Source of the DNA: Bacillota bacterium | GTDB taxonomy: Bacteria; Bacillota; Ch66; Ch109 | Assembly (NCBI GenBank): GCA_050952625.1 | Contig: JBMNLH010000002.1 | Span: forward strand, 32,001-96,000 | Length of the DNA stretch: 64,000 bases | Reading direction: 5' to 3' | Part shown: one piece after another, positions 20,484 to 30,339 of the stretch | How positions within the stretch are numbered: the first letter of the stretch is position 1 | Layout: each line of letters starts with the position of its first letter | Notes under the pieces: generated by a model | Seen by the model: the letters and a program-made list of their open reading frames with translations, nothing else | What the model was told of the DNA's origin: nothing | The model's database searches: none | Made by a program: the position numbers and the translations under genes

Positions 20484-21511
20484 TGCAGTTCCCCCCTCAA
20501 GGCGCGCGTTTTACTTTGGATTTCGTGAAGTTTAGCCAGTGCCTGGCCCGAGTCAAGAACCTCCCGCGCCAGAGCGACGCCTTCTGCTAGAGAACCAGCT
20601 TTGTCAGCCACGACCAGGGTGGCGGCTGCATTCAAAAGCAGCATATCCCGCTTAGGTCCGGTTTCTTTACCCGTAAAGAGATCCAGGATGACCTGAGCGT
20701 TGTATTCCGGGCTGCCGCCCCGAATTTCATCTATCGTACAGCGTTTAAAGCCGAAATCTTCGGGAGCAATCGTGTAATATTCGATCCGGCCGTCTTTGAT
20801 CTCAGCGATCTTTGTTTCCCCCAACAGCGAAATCTCATCTAAACCATCCAAACCGTGAACCACCATGGCGTGGGTTAACCCTATTTCCAGACCGACCTCC
20901 GCCACCTGTTCGACTAGCTGCGGCTGATAAACCCCCAGCACGTGTCGTCTGGCGTCAGCCGGGTTGATCACCGGCCCGATAACGGTAAAGAAGATGGTCT
21001 TAATCCCTAGTTCATGCTCCGGGCCAAAAACTTTCATCATTACCGGGTGAAACCGCGGGGCATATAAAAATGAATAGCCCACTTCCTCAATTAACCGTTC
21101 AGCCTGATCTGGTTCCAGTTCGACCGGTATACCCAGGGCTTCTAAAACATCGGCACTGCCAGAAGAGGAGGAAATTGACCGGGAACCGTGTTTGGCGATC
21201 TTGACTCCGGCAGCGGCCGAAAGCAGGGAGTTAGCGGTACTGACATTGAAGGTAGTCAGCCCGCCGCCCGTTCCGCAAGTATCAGTAAGTTCGCCGTTTA
21301 CCCTCGGCTTTATGGCCACGCAAGCGCGGCGCATGGCCCGGGCAATACTGACTATTTCCGCGGTGGTGGGGCCCTTCATCAGCAAGCCCATCAGAAACCC
21401 GGCCACCTGAGTGGTTGGAAAACGATCCTCTTTAATCCCAAAAACCACCTCATCGATTTCCGCTTGATTTAATTCAGAATCCTGACTTAGTTTCCTTAAG
21501 ATATTCTTCAT
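20480..21511 (-). CDS. trpD: Anthranilate phosphoribosyltransferase
   Basis: DTCGTGG, TFNVST, KHGSRSISS, GSADVLEALG and DGLDEIS motifs. Confidence 0.97.
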   Translation of the reverse strand: MKNILRKLSQDSELNQAEIDEVVFGIKEDRFPTTQVAGFLMGLLMKGPTTAEIVSIARAMRRACVAIKPRVNGELTDTCGTGGGLTTFNVSTANSLLSAAAGVKIAKHGSRSISSSSGSADVLEALGIPVELEPDQAERLIEEVGYSFLYAPRFHPVMMKVFGPEHELGIKTIFFTVIGPVINPADARRHVLGVYQPQLVEQVAEVGLEIGLTHAMVVHGLDGLDEISLLGETKIAEIKDGRIEYYTIAPEDFGFKRCTIDEIRGGSPEYNAQVILDLFTGKETGPKRDMLLLNAAATLVVADKAGSLAEGVALAREVLDSGQALAKLHEIQSKTRALRGELH

Positions 21512-21683
21512 GCCATCCCTCTCCTTTTCGGTATAATTTGATTTGTCCCTTATCGGGAAATGTCCGGGTTGTGGTAACTAAGAGAGAAGGTAGCTGGCTG
21601 GCAATTCCGCTCGCGAAAAAACGGAATCAATTGAGGCTGGCCAAAAATAGAACTGGCTAGAAGAGAGAATCCTGTTCGCACCG

Positions 21684-21717
21684 AAAAATAAAACCAGCAC
21701 TAAGCCCTAGTGCTGGT
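21684..21717 (-). terminator. Attenuator terminator of the trpD leader
   Basis: ACCAGCACTA-loop-TAGTGCTGGT stem followed by TTTATTTTT on the minus strand. Confidence 0.85.
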
Positions 21718-21735
21718 CGGGTGTCCTTAGAATGC

Positions 21736-21814
21736 CTCATCTCGACTCAACTCAGCTCAGCTCAGCTCTACTCTGCTCATCTTATTATCCACTTGTCTCA
21801 GCTTTGCTCATCTA
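21736..21814 (-). promoter_or_regulatory. TRAP (MtrB) binding site, (G/U/A)AG-NN repeats
   Basis: Nine consecutive GAG triplets with 2-nt spacers (21736-21778) plus six further AAG/GAG/UAG triplets, immediately before a terminator and trpD. Confidence 0.9.
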
Positions 21815-21845
21815 GGTCGACCTAGGCTCCTCTTTTCTATATTTG

Positions 21846-21875
21846 AATATATCACCCTTCGTTTCTGGCTGTCAA
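21846..21875 (-). promoter_or_regulatory. sigma-A promoter of the trp leader
   Basis: TTGACA-N18-TATATT with an extended TG. Confidence 0.7.
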
Positions 21876-22227
21876 TAATTATCTGCGTATATTTCAAAGA
21901 CAGTGTGGTCTGTAGCACCGAATAGACCTTCCCCCAACACCGTTTCTACGTCATGTCCTGTCTCAACAAAAATAATACGAAACCTAATAGTGCATATAGG
22001 GAAAATAATAAGGTACATTTCTAATTTTATTCTCAAAAATTTGCCATTTGCTCAAGTTTTCACTTTAGGTGGTATGATAGATAAATAGAATAAGGCTACT
22101 ACTAACATAAAAATATAGTGCTTCTTTGGAAAAAAAGTATGTCATTAATCAGTAGGGCGTAAATAGCTTCGAAAATGACTTGTGCTTTGACGCTTCAATA
22201 GGCTTAACCATGCTCTCCAGGCTTCTA

Positions 22228-22255
22228 TGACACATCTTTGACACAAATTTATAAT
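22228..22255 (+). promoter_or_regulatory. OmpR-type direct-repeat site and -10 box
   Basis: TGACACA-N4-TGACACA (11-bp period) then TATAAT; related repeats at 25248-25279. Confidence 0.6.
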
Positions 22256-22286
22256 AGAGTGGACACATGTACGGGAGGTATCGTCC

Positions 22287-22940
22287 ATGCTCGATATTCT
22301 GATCGTTGAAGATGAAGACGCAATCGCCAATTTAATACGCATAAGCCTTAATGACGAGGGCTATCGCTGTACCTGCGCTTTTGATGGAAAGCAGGCCGCT
22401 GACATTATTGAAGGAGGAAATTTCGACCTTATTTTGCTTGATATTATGCTGCCGGAATTTAACGGCTATGAGTTGCTCGAATATATTAAACCGCTTGGAA
22501 CACCCGTGATTTTCATTACCGCCAAGGGCACGGTCAATGATCGAATAAAAGGGCTTAAACTCGGAGCGGACGACTATATCGTAAAACCATTCCAAATCGG
22601 TGAACTATCCGCACGGGTGGAAGCGGTTTTACGCCGATCCGGTAAAAGCGAAAAACAATTATCTTTTCGTGATGTTTTTATCAACACTGATTCGCGGCAG
22701 GTAAAAAAAGATAATCAGATTATTGACCTGACCGTTAAAGAGTTTGATTTGTTGGTTGAACTTGTACGCAATAAAAATGTGGCACTCTACCGCGAGCGTC
22801 TCTACGAAAAAGTTTGGGGAGAAGAGTTTACTGGGGAAACGCGGACACTGGACTCTCACATCCAACGCCTAAGAAAAAAGCTCGGTTGGGAGGATTGCAT
22901 CAAAACCGTCTTTCGCATTGGCTACCGATTGGAGGGATAG
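22287..22940 (+). CDS. OmpR/PhoB family response regulator
   Basis: Receiver (VEDE, LLDIMLP, GADDYIVKPF) plus winged helix (RTLDSHIQRLRKKL). Confidence 0.95.
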   Translation: MLDILIVEDEDAIANLIRISLNDEGYRCTCAFDGKQAADIIEGGNFDLILLDIMLPEFNGYELLEYIKPLGTPVIFITAKGTVNDRIKGLKLGADDYIVKPFQIGELSARVEAVLRRSGKSEKQLSFRDVFINTDSRQVKKDNQIIDLTVKEFDLLVELVRNKNVALYRERLYEKVWGEEFTGETRTLDSHIQRLRKKLGWEDCIKTVFRIGYRLEG

Positions 22941-22943
22941 GAT

Positions 22944-24308
22944 GTGAGGCTGTTTGCCAAAATATTCCTTTGCGCAACGCTTGTATTAAGTATGGCACTC
23001 TCACTTTCCGGCTATTTGCTGATCACTTCATCCTACAAAAACGCGATCATTCGTGAAACGGAACGCGCGCTTGACGAGTACCAGTATAATAAATTTTCCG
23101 TCCAGGCGGCACTCCTTCTAAACGCGGACAGCTTTCAAGATGCGTTTCCCTTCGATTACAGCAGCCAGGCGGCCCTTTTCGCAGAAGATAAATCCCTTGT
23201 TTTCTCGAGCCTGCCGCTTGAATCTCAATTTGAGATACTTGATCTGGTATCTGACGATACGGTGACTTACCGCGTCGAGCAAATAGGTTCAAAGCAATAT
23301 ATCATGGTCTGCGGTAAACTTGTTCAAAATGGAAGAACGCTCTATTTATTAGTTGCGTCGGACATAAGCTCGATAAGCAGGCAAAGTGACGAAATGATTC
23401 AAAACTTTGGACAAGTGTATTTTATTACTCTTGGCATCAGTATGCTTCTAATACTTGTATTTTCCGCATTGCTTACCCACCCGATCAAAAGGCTGACAAG
23501 GGCATCTGCGCAGATTGCAAGCGGTCATTACGATAAACGGCTGCCTGTTTCCGGGGGTGATGAAATTGCTGAACTTTCCGGGAGTTTTAACATAATGGCA
23601 AAGGCCATTGAGGATAAAGTAGAGGAACTATCCGTAAACGCCCAGCAAAAAGAAGACTTCGTCGCAAATTTTACCCATGAACTCAAGACCCCTCTCACCT
23701 CAGTGATCGGGTATGCGGATATGATTTATCAAAAAGATCTGCCGCGTGATGATGTGAGAAACGCCGCGAGATATATCATAGATGAAGGCTTGCGTCTAGA
23801 AGCCTTATCAATAAAACTTATGGATTTGATCGTGTTGAATCGTCAGGATTTTATTTTGACAGAAACGCCTGTTAAAGAGTTACTAGATAACATCACTCAT
23901 ACTTTAAGGCCCTTGCTTTTGGATATGAAGATAGAATTGCTCTATGAAACAGATCACGCTTATATCAAAGTTGATTATGACTTATTCAAAACCCTTTTAT
24001 TAAACCTGATTGACAATTCCATTAAGGCAGGCAGTACAAAAATCGAAATTTCCGGCAAACGGTACGGTAAGCACTATTGCTTAGGTGTCGCTGATAACGG
24101 GTGCGGGATCCCGGCTCATGAAATAGAACGTATCACCGAAGCGTTCTATATGGTAGATAAATCCCGTTCGCGTAAGCAACACAGCTCGGGATTGGGGCTT
24201 GCCTTGGCGTCAAGGATTGCTGCAATCCATGGCACAACTCTCAAATTTGTCAGCGAGGAGCAAAAAGGTACCTTAGTTGAAATAAATCTGCTCTGCGAGG
24301 AGGTCTAA
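22944..24308 (+). CDS. HAMP-domain sensor histidine kinase
   Basis: Two TM segments, HAMP domain, FTHELKTPLT, NLIDNSIK, DNGCGI and GLGLAL motifs. Confidence 0.95.
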   Translation: MRLFAKIFLCATLVLSMALSLSGYLLITSSYKNAIIRETERALDEYQYNKFSVQAALLLNADSFQDAFPFDYSSQAALFAEDKSLVFSSLPLESQFEILDLVSDDTVTYRVEQIGSKQYIMVCGKLVQNGRTLYLLVASDISSISRQSDEMIQNFGQVYFITLGISMLLILVFSALLTHPIKRLTRASAQIASGHYDKRLPVSGGDEIAELSGSFNIMAKAIEDKVEELSVNAQQKEDFVANFTHELKTPLTSVIGYADMIYQKDLPRDDVRNAARYIIDEGLRLEALSIKLMDLIVLNRQDFILTETPVKELLDNITHTLRPLLLDMKIELLYETDHAYIKVDYDLFKTLLLNLIDNSIKAGSTKIEISGKRYGKHYCLGVADNGCGIPAHEIERITEAFYMVDKSRSRKQHSSGLGLALASRIAAIHGTTLKFVSEEQKGTLVEINLLCEEV

Positions 24309-24309
24309 A

Positions 24310-25191
24310 TTGATGAATAAGCAAGGGATATATACAGCTGTGGGTATTACGCTTTCACTCATGATAGCCTTTGGCGGGTGGATACTGACAAATACCCTGC
24401 TCGATAAACAGGAAACCGTGCTGCTTTCTAAGACTGGGAGCATCTATGTTCCAGCGGGATTGAAAACTACGGCTGGGTCGGCCAATGATGCGAATTCAAA
24501 CTTACCTCCAAAAACCAAGACAGAGCTCCTACCTAATGAAACAAAGCTGGAAGAAGGGGTGATGGCCAAGATATTAGCCAACTGGAACGCTCCCCAAAGC
24601 TATGCCCGGCCACATGATCCGGTTGAGGGTCAGCTCAGCATGGAGCAGGCTATTACTGCGGCAAAAAATGGATTATCACATTTCAGTACCCAGGGGATCA
24701 TTCCACTGGAACTGCTGGAAAATGAATTTACACGTACTAAGGCTTCTCTTTGGGAGAATCAACCGGCAATCAAAGAGAATCCATCGGATCCGCGGGTCAG
24801 GGTAAGCATAGAACTGCCACCAGCATACAGTTATTGGGTAATCACGTTTGACAATGAAAAACTTAATGTGCGGCTGATGCTCAACGCTGTAACCGGGGCG
24901 ATATGGAGAGCTGATATTGTTTCATATCAGGCGGAAACAACATTTACCGATCTTGATGTGGTGGAAATGATAGAGATATATGCGGCTTACTTGGGACTTG
25001 ACGGCGGAGGCACCCTTAATTTCAACGAAACCTGGGCATCAAAAGGATTTGCGGGAGATATTATCAGTGTTACGGCGATAAAAAAAGGGACTGGAGTGGG
25101 CGGCGCGGAAAGTTATAACGGAATATCCTTATATTTATCCGAGTTTGGCCGTCCAGCCAGGGACGTGAGTATTGCGGTGAAATATAAATAA
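24310..25191 (+). CDS. Membrane-anchored hypothetical protein (two-component accessory, PepSY-like segment)
   Basis: N-terminal TM segment; LSMEQAI..A and LNAVTGAI motifs; coupled to the kinase gene. Confidence 0.6.
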   Translation: MMNKQGIYTAVGITLSLMIAFGGWILTNTLLDKQETVLLSKTGSIYVPAGLKTTAGSANDANSNLPPKTKTELLPNETKLEEGVMAKILANWNAPQSYARPHDPVEGQLSMEQAITAAKNGLSHFSTQGIIPLELLENEFTRTKASLWENQPAIKENPSDPRVRVSIELPPAYSYWVITFDNEKLNVRLMLNAVTGAIWRADIVSYQAETTFTDLDVVEMIEIYAAYLGLDGGGTLNFNETWASKGFAGDIISVTAIKKGTGVGGAESYNGISLYLSEFGRPARDVSIAVKYK

Positions 25192-25247
25192 ATAGAAGAT
25201 GGGGGAAGCCAATGTTAAGTTTTCCGCTCAGAGAGAATATTACAACT

Positions 25248-25279
25248 TTGACACATCTGTAAAACAATTCTTTGACACC
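25248..25279 (+). promoter_or_regulatory. Second TGACAC direct-repeat site upstream of the carboxypeptidase gene
   Basis: TTGACACATCT...TTTGACAC, shared with 22228-22245. Confidence 0.5.
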
Positions 25280-25323
25280 TCCCGGTTATGATTGAATCCA
25301 AAATTAATAACTAGGAGGTTTTA

Positions 25324-26235
25324 TTGTTGAAAAGACTAATATGTACCCTGATGACATTTGTCCTCGCGTTACTTTGGGGAGGTAATCTAGTTTTCGAGGC
25401 ATACGCCACAGATGTAAGAACGGAACTCATTTCAAGAAAGACCATCACGGACAAAATTTGCTTAATTTCCGAGCAAATTCGTTTATTAATCTCGGATCAA
25501 ATTCCTTTAAAGGAGAAATTATCAGAACAAACCACGATGAAGATCAGTGAACCGCCCAAGTTCATTCCATCTATTAATAACAACGAGGATTGGATGCTGA
25601 CATTGGTAAATTACAACAATCCCCTTCCCGATACATACAAACCCGTATTAAAAAGTCTTTCCAACGGCTTACAATTCGATGCGCGCGCCATCGATCAACT
25701 TAATTTAATGCTTTCGGACGCAAGGGCGCAAGGCTTATCTCCTGTCGTTTGTTCAGCATACAGATCGGTTGAATACCAACAAAAGCTATTCAACAATCAG
25801 GTCAAAAAACAGATGGCCAAAGGATTAGATCGTCAACAGGCCGAGCTTGAAGCTCAAAAAGTCGTCGCCTATCCGGGAACGAGCGAACACAATTTAGGTC
25901 TGGCCGCCGATATTGTCTCGTTAAGCTATCAACACCTTGATCAAGCACAAGCCAATACAGCTGAGGTGAAATGGCTTACTAGGCATTGCAGCGAGTACGG
26001 TTTCATACTTCGGTATCCAGAAGGAAAAACAAATATTACCGGCGTAATTTATGAACCCTGGCACTTTAGATATGTAGGCATAGATGCAGCGAAGGAAATC
26101 ATGGAAAGCGGCCAGTGTCTTGAAGAATATTTAGAGTTTAAAGAAAGTGCTCTGGCTAGGACTTCTTCAACAACTCGGGGGCCTTATGGAATTACATCTG
26201 TTATGTTCATTCAATTGATTCCCTTTTTCCATTGA
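25324..26235 (+). CDS. M15B family D,D-carboxypeptidase (VanY-like)
   Basis: SAYRS, PGTSEHNLGLAAD and YEPWHFRYVG motifs. Confidence 0.92.
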   Translation: MLKRLICTLMTFVLALLWGGNLVFEAYATDVRTELISRKTITDKICLISEQIRLLISDQIPLKEKLSEQTTMKISEPPKFIPSINNNEDWMLTLVNYNNPLPDTYKPVLKSLSNGLQFDARAIDQLNLMLSDARAQGLSPVVCSAYRSVEYQQKLFNNQVKKQMAKGLDRQQAELEAQKVVAYPGTSEHNLGLAADIVSLSYQHLDQAQANTAEVKWLTRHCSEYGFILRYPEGKTNITGVIYEPWHFRYVGIDAAKEIMESGQCLEEYLEFKESALARTSSTTRGPYGITSVMFIQLIPFFH

Positions 26236-26264
26236 TTGACATTAAATTAGTTATCTGCTACAAT
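26236..26264 (+). promoter_or_regulatory. sigma-A promoter of the MNT-HEPN pair
   Basis: TTGACA-N17-TACAAT. Confidence 0.65.
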
Positions 26265-26348
26265 ATCTTAAATATAAAAACTTAAATATTATGATTGATC
26301 TAATTTATAAAATACACTGTGTGCCGTATACAAAAGGATGTGTTTTAA

Positions 26349-26777
26349 TTGAGAATAAACCAACTTATTAGTATCTGTCGAAAATATCACGTTGCGTTAT
26401 TATATTTATTTGGTTCTCAGCAGAAAACAGGTCTTGCCCTTTTAAAAGGAGAAAACGTCTCTGTTGATAATCCTCTGACCGACGTGGACATCGGGGTTGT
26501 TTTTGCAAAAGAACTGCCTTCGCCTTATGAACGAGCAAGGCTATACGCTCATGTTTACAATGATCTTACCGATCTATTTCTCCCCTTTAGGACCGACCTG
26601 TGTTTTTTGCAAGAAAACCATTCTGTATTTCAGTTAGAGGCTGTGGCGCGAGGTATCTGTATTTATGCAGCGGATGAAACCTTTCAAGAAGAATATGAAA
26701 TGTCAGTCCTGCGGCGAGGAGCCGACTTTCGTTGGGTTTTAGACAAGTTTTATGAAGAAAAATTGGCTGATTATTGA
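26349..26777 (+). CDS. Minimal nucleotidyltransferase (MNT) antitoxin
   Basis: LYLFGS...DVDIGV motif; upstream of a HEPN gene. Confidence 0.85.
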   Translation: MRINQLISICRKYHVALLYLFGSQQKTGLALLKGENVSVDNPLTDVDIGVVFAKELPSPYERARLYAHVYNDLTDLFLPFRTDLCFLQENHSVFQLEAVARGICIYAADETFQEEYEMSVLRRGADFRWVLDKFYEEKLADY

Positions 26778-26807
26778 AAACTATACTTATTCAAAGAGGA
26801 ACTGTGC

Positions 26808-27239
26808 ATGAATAGTATTAATAAAACCCTAGTCTATGATCGACTCAGTCTGATCAATGACGCAGTGATAAAGCTAAAAGAGTTAAGTCTGATTCCATTG
26901 AACCATTTTATTAATTCCATTGAAGCTGCAGCGGCTGAAAGCTATCTGCGCCGAGCATTGGAAGCGATCTTTGACGTGGGACGTCATATCCTCTCCAAAA
27001 TTGGGGAAAAAGAACTAGCCGCGGAGTACAAGTCTATTGCCCGGGGTTTAGTCATTAATGGAGTTATCAATTCGGACATCGGCAATACCCTTCTAAATAT
27101 GGCCGGCTATCGAAATCGGTTGGTTCACCTTTACCATCAGGTAACTGACGAAGAACTATACCAGATATTACAAAACAACCTTGGTGATATCCGGCAGTTT
27201 GTTTCCCAAATCAAACAATATGTTGGCAAATGTCTCTAA
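26808..27239 (+). CDS. HEPN/DUF86 RNase toxin (HepT-like)
   Basis: MAGYRNRLVHLY RX4H(X)Y motif. Confidence 0.88.
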   Translation: MNSINKTLVYDRLSLINDAVIKLKELSLIPLNHFINSIEAAAAESYLRRALEAIFDVGRHILSKIGEKELAAEYKSIARGLVINGVINSDIGNTLLNMAGYRNRLVHLYHQVTDEELYQILQNNLGDIRQFVSQIKQYVGKCL

Positions 27240-27454
27240 CTCGCCAATATTTTTGTTGTCTATCCCCCACCGTACCAACGTTTAATCAAGGCTAATGTCT
27301 AGTATCTTAACTAACTTTTCCCGTTGATTAAGGAATTTAGCTAACGAGAAATAAAATAAGGCAAAAGACAAAGCCTGAAATGTACGATACTGAAAAAGAG
27401 GGTACGAATACAACCAACTTACCTAGAATAATCGCAGTAATTTTTAATTAAAAT

Positions 27455-28699
27455 ATGGTGAGGATTGACATCATGCCCAAAAGTATGCAAACCATATTGT
27501 CGCTTAGCCTGCCGGCCCTTTTGCTGATTCTTGCTTACCTGTGCTTGCTGAACATAGCCGGCCTGCCGGCATTAATCATCAATCTGCTGCCATTGTTACC
27601 TTATCTTTTGTTGCTGGTAGCCGGCTGCCTGGCTTACCACTTTAACCAGAGCATACTTTTCTACCTGGCCTTGGCTTTCATCGCCATTCAGCTTATTACT
27701 GATGGATACCTTTTTCAGCAGCACTCCTTTGACAGTGCACAGATGGGCTTGATCTATTCGCTGATCGCCATCCTGGTTCCACTTAACCTGTTAGTTTACA
27801 GTTTCTTACAGGAGAGGGGTATATTAAGCCTGTGGGGATTTCTGAAGCTGTTTTTCATTATCCTTCAATTCCTAGGGGCAGCTTGGATCGTTAGCAGCGG
27901 CCAGACGGGTATTCTCAGCCTAATCTACGCCCAGATTCTACCTTGGTATTTTCCGCTTCCGCAAGGGATGGCCCAGCTTAGCCTGCTGGTATTTGGCCTG
28001 GTGATTACGGCGTTCTTAATTAAACTCTGGTTCAATAATGCTTTTTTCACAACAACAGCCATCGGGGTATTGTTAAGCCTTGGTTTATCTTTTTATTTTC
28101 AGGAGTGGCCATTGGCCGCCCCGATTTTTATGAGTAGTGTCGGCCTTTTGATGATCATCTGTATTCTCCAAAATACCCATAGTATGGCCTATCTGGATGA
28201 GCTCACCGAAATCCCTGGCCGCCGGGCCCTCCGGGAAGAGATGATGAAACTCAGCGGTGCTTATACTGTCGCGATGGTGGACATCGACCATTTTAAAAAA
28301 TTTAACGATACCTACGGGCATGATGTGGGTGATGATGTTTTGAGAATGGTGGCCTCGAAGCTAAAGCGGGTTACCGGAGGAGGAAAAGCCTTTCGCTATG
28401 GAGGAGAGGAGTTTGTCATTATTTTTGCAAGGAAAAAGCTCGCTGATGTCCTGCCTCATCTGGAAAAACTGCGGGAGACAATCGCTCATTCGGAGTTTGT
28501 GATTAGGGGTAAAGATCGTCCGAAAAATAAACCCGCTAAACCGAAATCGACTCAACCAGTGAAAAAAATTTCGGTTACCGTAAGCATCGGAGCGGCAGAA
28601 AAAAACCGCCCCCTGGAAAAAGCGGAAGAGGTTCTAAAAGAAGCTGACAAGGCCCTGTATCGGGCCAAGAAAAAAGGGCGCAACTGCGTCTGCAAATAA
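27455..28699 (+). CDS. Membrane diguanylate cyclase (GGEEF)
   Basis: Multi-TM N-terminus, DIDHFKKFNDTYGH and RYGGEEF motifs; start may be 27473. Confidence 0.93.
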   Translation: MVRIDIMPKSMQTILSLSLPALLLILAYLCLLNIAGLPALIINLLPLLPYLLLLVAGCLAYHFNQSILFYLALAFIAIQLITDGYLFQQHSFDSAQMGLIYSLIAILVPLNLLVYSFLQERGILSLWGFLKLFFIILQFLGAAWIVSSGQTGILSLIYAQILPWYFPLPQGMAQLSLLVFGLVITAFLIKLWFNNAFFTTTAIGVLLSLGLSFYFQEWPLAAPIFMSSVGLLMIICILQNTHSMAYLDELTEIPGRRALREEMMKLSGAYTVAMVDIDHFKKFNDTYGHDVGDDVLRMVASKLKRVTGGGKAFRYGGEEFVIIFARKKLADVLPHLEKLRETIAHSEFVIRGKDRPKNKPAKPKSTQPVKKISVTVSIGAAEKNRPLEKAEEVLKEADKALYRAKKKGRNCVCK

Positions 28700-28703
28700 G
28701 GTC

Positions 28704-30101
28704 TTACATCTGCTTCAAGTCTGCTTCATTCAAGGGTGCGGGTAATTGTTTAGATACTTCCGTCTGGGGCAGACTCTTTATTTCAAAGTATAAAAAAGTA
28801 GCGGTTATCATTACGGCTATCGCATCCGAGAACGGAGCAGCTCGCCAAACCCCGTTAATCCCCCAAAAACGCGGTAGAAGCAGCAGCAACGGAATAAATA
28901 CCAGGACCTGCCGGGACAAACCGAGGATCGTCGCTTTCAGTCCTTTACCAACTGCTTGAAAGTAGATAGGGCCGACAACCTGGAAGCCAAGAATAAAAAT
29001 GATGGCTAAATAGACCTGCATGGCATCAGCCGTCAGCTGGATAAGGGCCGTGTCCTTGGTAAACAGACTTGCTATTTGGCTAGGCCAGATCTGAATCACC
29101 AGGTAACCGGCGATAGAAATACCAGATGCGGCAATAATTGCTTTTTTCAAGGCTTCTTTAACTCGGTCATATTGCCGGGCCCCATAATTGAAACCGACCA
29201 GGGGCTGCATTCCCTGACTAATCCCGAGAATAGGCATAAGCATAATCGCCACGATACTCATGATAATGCCGACCGCAGACAGGGCTAAATCGCCTCCATA
29301 TGCGGTGAGGGTTTTATTAATAATCAATTGCTGAACACTGTTAGCCAGCTGCAAGGCAAAAGGTGCACAGCCGATGGACACAATACTCAACAATACTGGT
29401 GCTTGCAGACGGAAATTTTTCAGTCTGATTTTCACCAGACTGCGGCCGGTAAAAAAATAGCCAAGAACCCAAAGGGCCGAGATGAATTGACCGGATACCG
29501 TAGCCAGGGCTGATCCTTTAATGCCCAGACCCAATTGGAAAATAAAGATATAATTTAAGACTATATTGACCGTAGCCCCGATAAGCTGCGTGTACATAGC
29601 GGTTTTCGCGTCGCCCTGCGCTCTGATAAAGTTGTTCATGCCTATGCTAATGGAACTTATAGCCGAACCCAGCATAATTATCTGCATGAAATCGCGGGCA
29701 TAGGGCAAAACCTCGGGACTAGCCCCAAAAGTTTTTAGAATTGGATCCGGAAATAGCAGGTAGATAACCGTCAGACACAGCGGCAGGAGAACCAGCAGTA
29801 GGGTCGCATTGCCGGCGATCTTCTCGGCCTCTTCTTTTTTCTGCTCCCCCAGCCGGATTGAGATCAGCGCGGTCGCTCCTACCCCAATCAGGACCGACAC
29901 CGCCATTAAGATGATCATGATGGGAAAAGCCACAGTTGTGGCGGCGATGGCCAGCGAGCCAACCCCGCGCCCGACAAAGATCCGGTCCACCACATTGTAA
30001 AGAGCATTAATCAGCATCCCGGCTATGGCGGGCAATGAGAATTTTAGGAGTAACCTACCTATATCTTCATCACGCATCATGGCGGTATTGTCCATTTGCA
30101 C
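28704..30101 (-). CDS. MATE family efflux transporter
   Basis: LYNVVDRIFVG and QPLVGFNYGA motifs, about 12 TM segments. Confidence 0.93.
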   Translation of the reverse strand: MQMDNTAMMRDEDIGRLLLKFSLPAIAGMLINALYNVVDRIFVGRGVGSLAIAATTVAFPIMIILMAVSVLIGVGATALISIRLGEQKKEEAEKIAGNATLLLVLLPLCLTVIYLLFPDPILKTFGASPEVLPYARDFMQIIMLGSAISSISIGMNNFIRAQGDAKTAMYTQLIGATVNIVLNYIFIFQLGLGIKGSALATVSGQFISALWVLGYFFTGRSLVKIRLKNFRLQAPVLLSIVSIGCAPFALQLANSVQQLIINKTLTAYGGDLALSAVGIIMSIVAIMLMPILGISQGMQPLVGFNYGARQYDRVKEALKKAIIAASGISIAGYLVIQIWPSQIASLFTKDTALIQLTADAMQVYLAIIFILGFQVVGPIYFQAVGKGLKATILGLSRQVLVFIPLLLLLPRFWGINGVWRAAPFSDAIAVMITATFLYFEIKSLPQTEVSKQLPAPLNEADLKQM

Positions 30102-30339
30102 TCACCTTTCGTTTGGTACGATTATTCTTCAGCCTTGTAGAGTCCCTTCGCTCATTTTAATATGAAACTAGGTCTTGGTTCAAACAGTATTTACAATGGT
30201 TTTAGCAACAACCGAAAGACCCTTTGCACAACCAGGTAAATTTGTTATAATTGCGGAGAATAACCATAAAATCTGCTGAATATCGGCAGATCATTGTATA
30301 CAATTAGCCGAAGTACATATAAGAGGGAGCGGAAAAGGC

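Noticed and set aside
21540-21840. T-box riboswitch upstream of trpD
   Set aside because: No T-box bulge (GGTGGNACC) found; the GAG-NN array plus terminator fits TRAP instead
22287-26235. van glycopeptide resistance cluster
   Set aside because: Only a two-component system and a VanY-like peptidase; no D-Ala-D-Lac/Ser ligase, vanH or vanX
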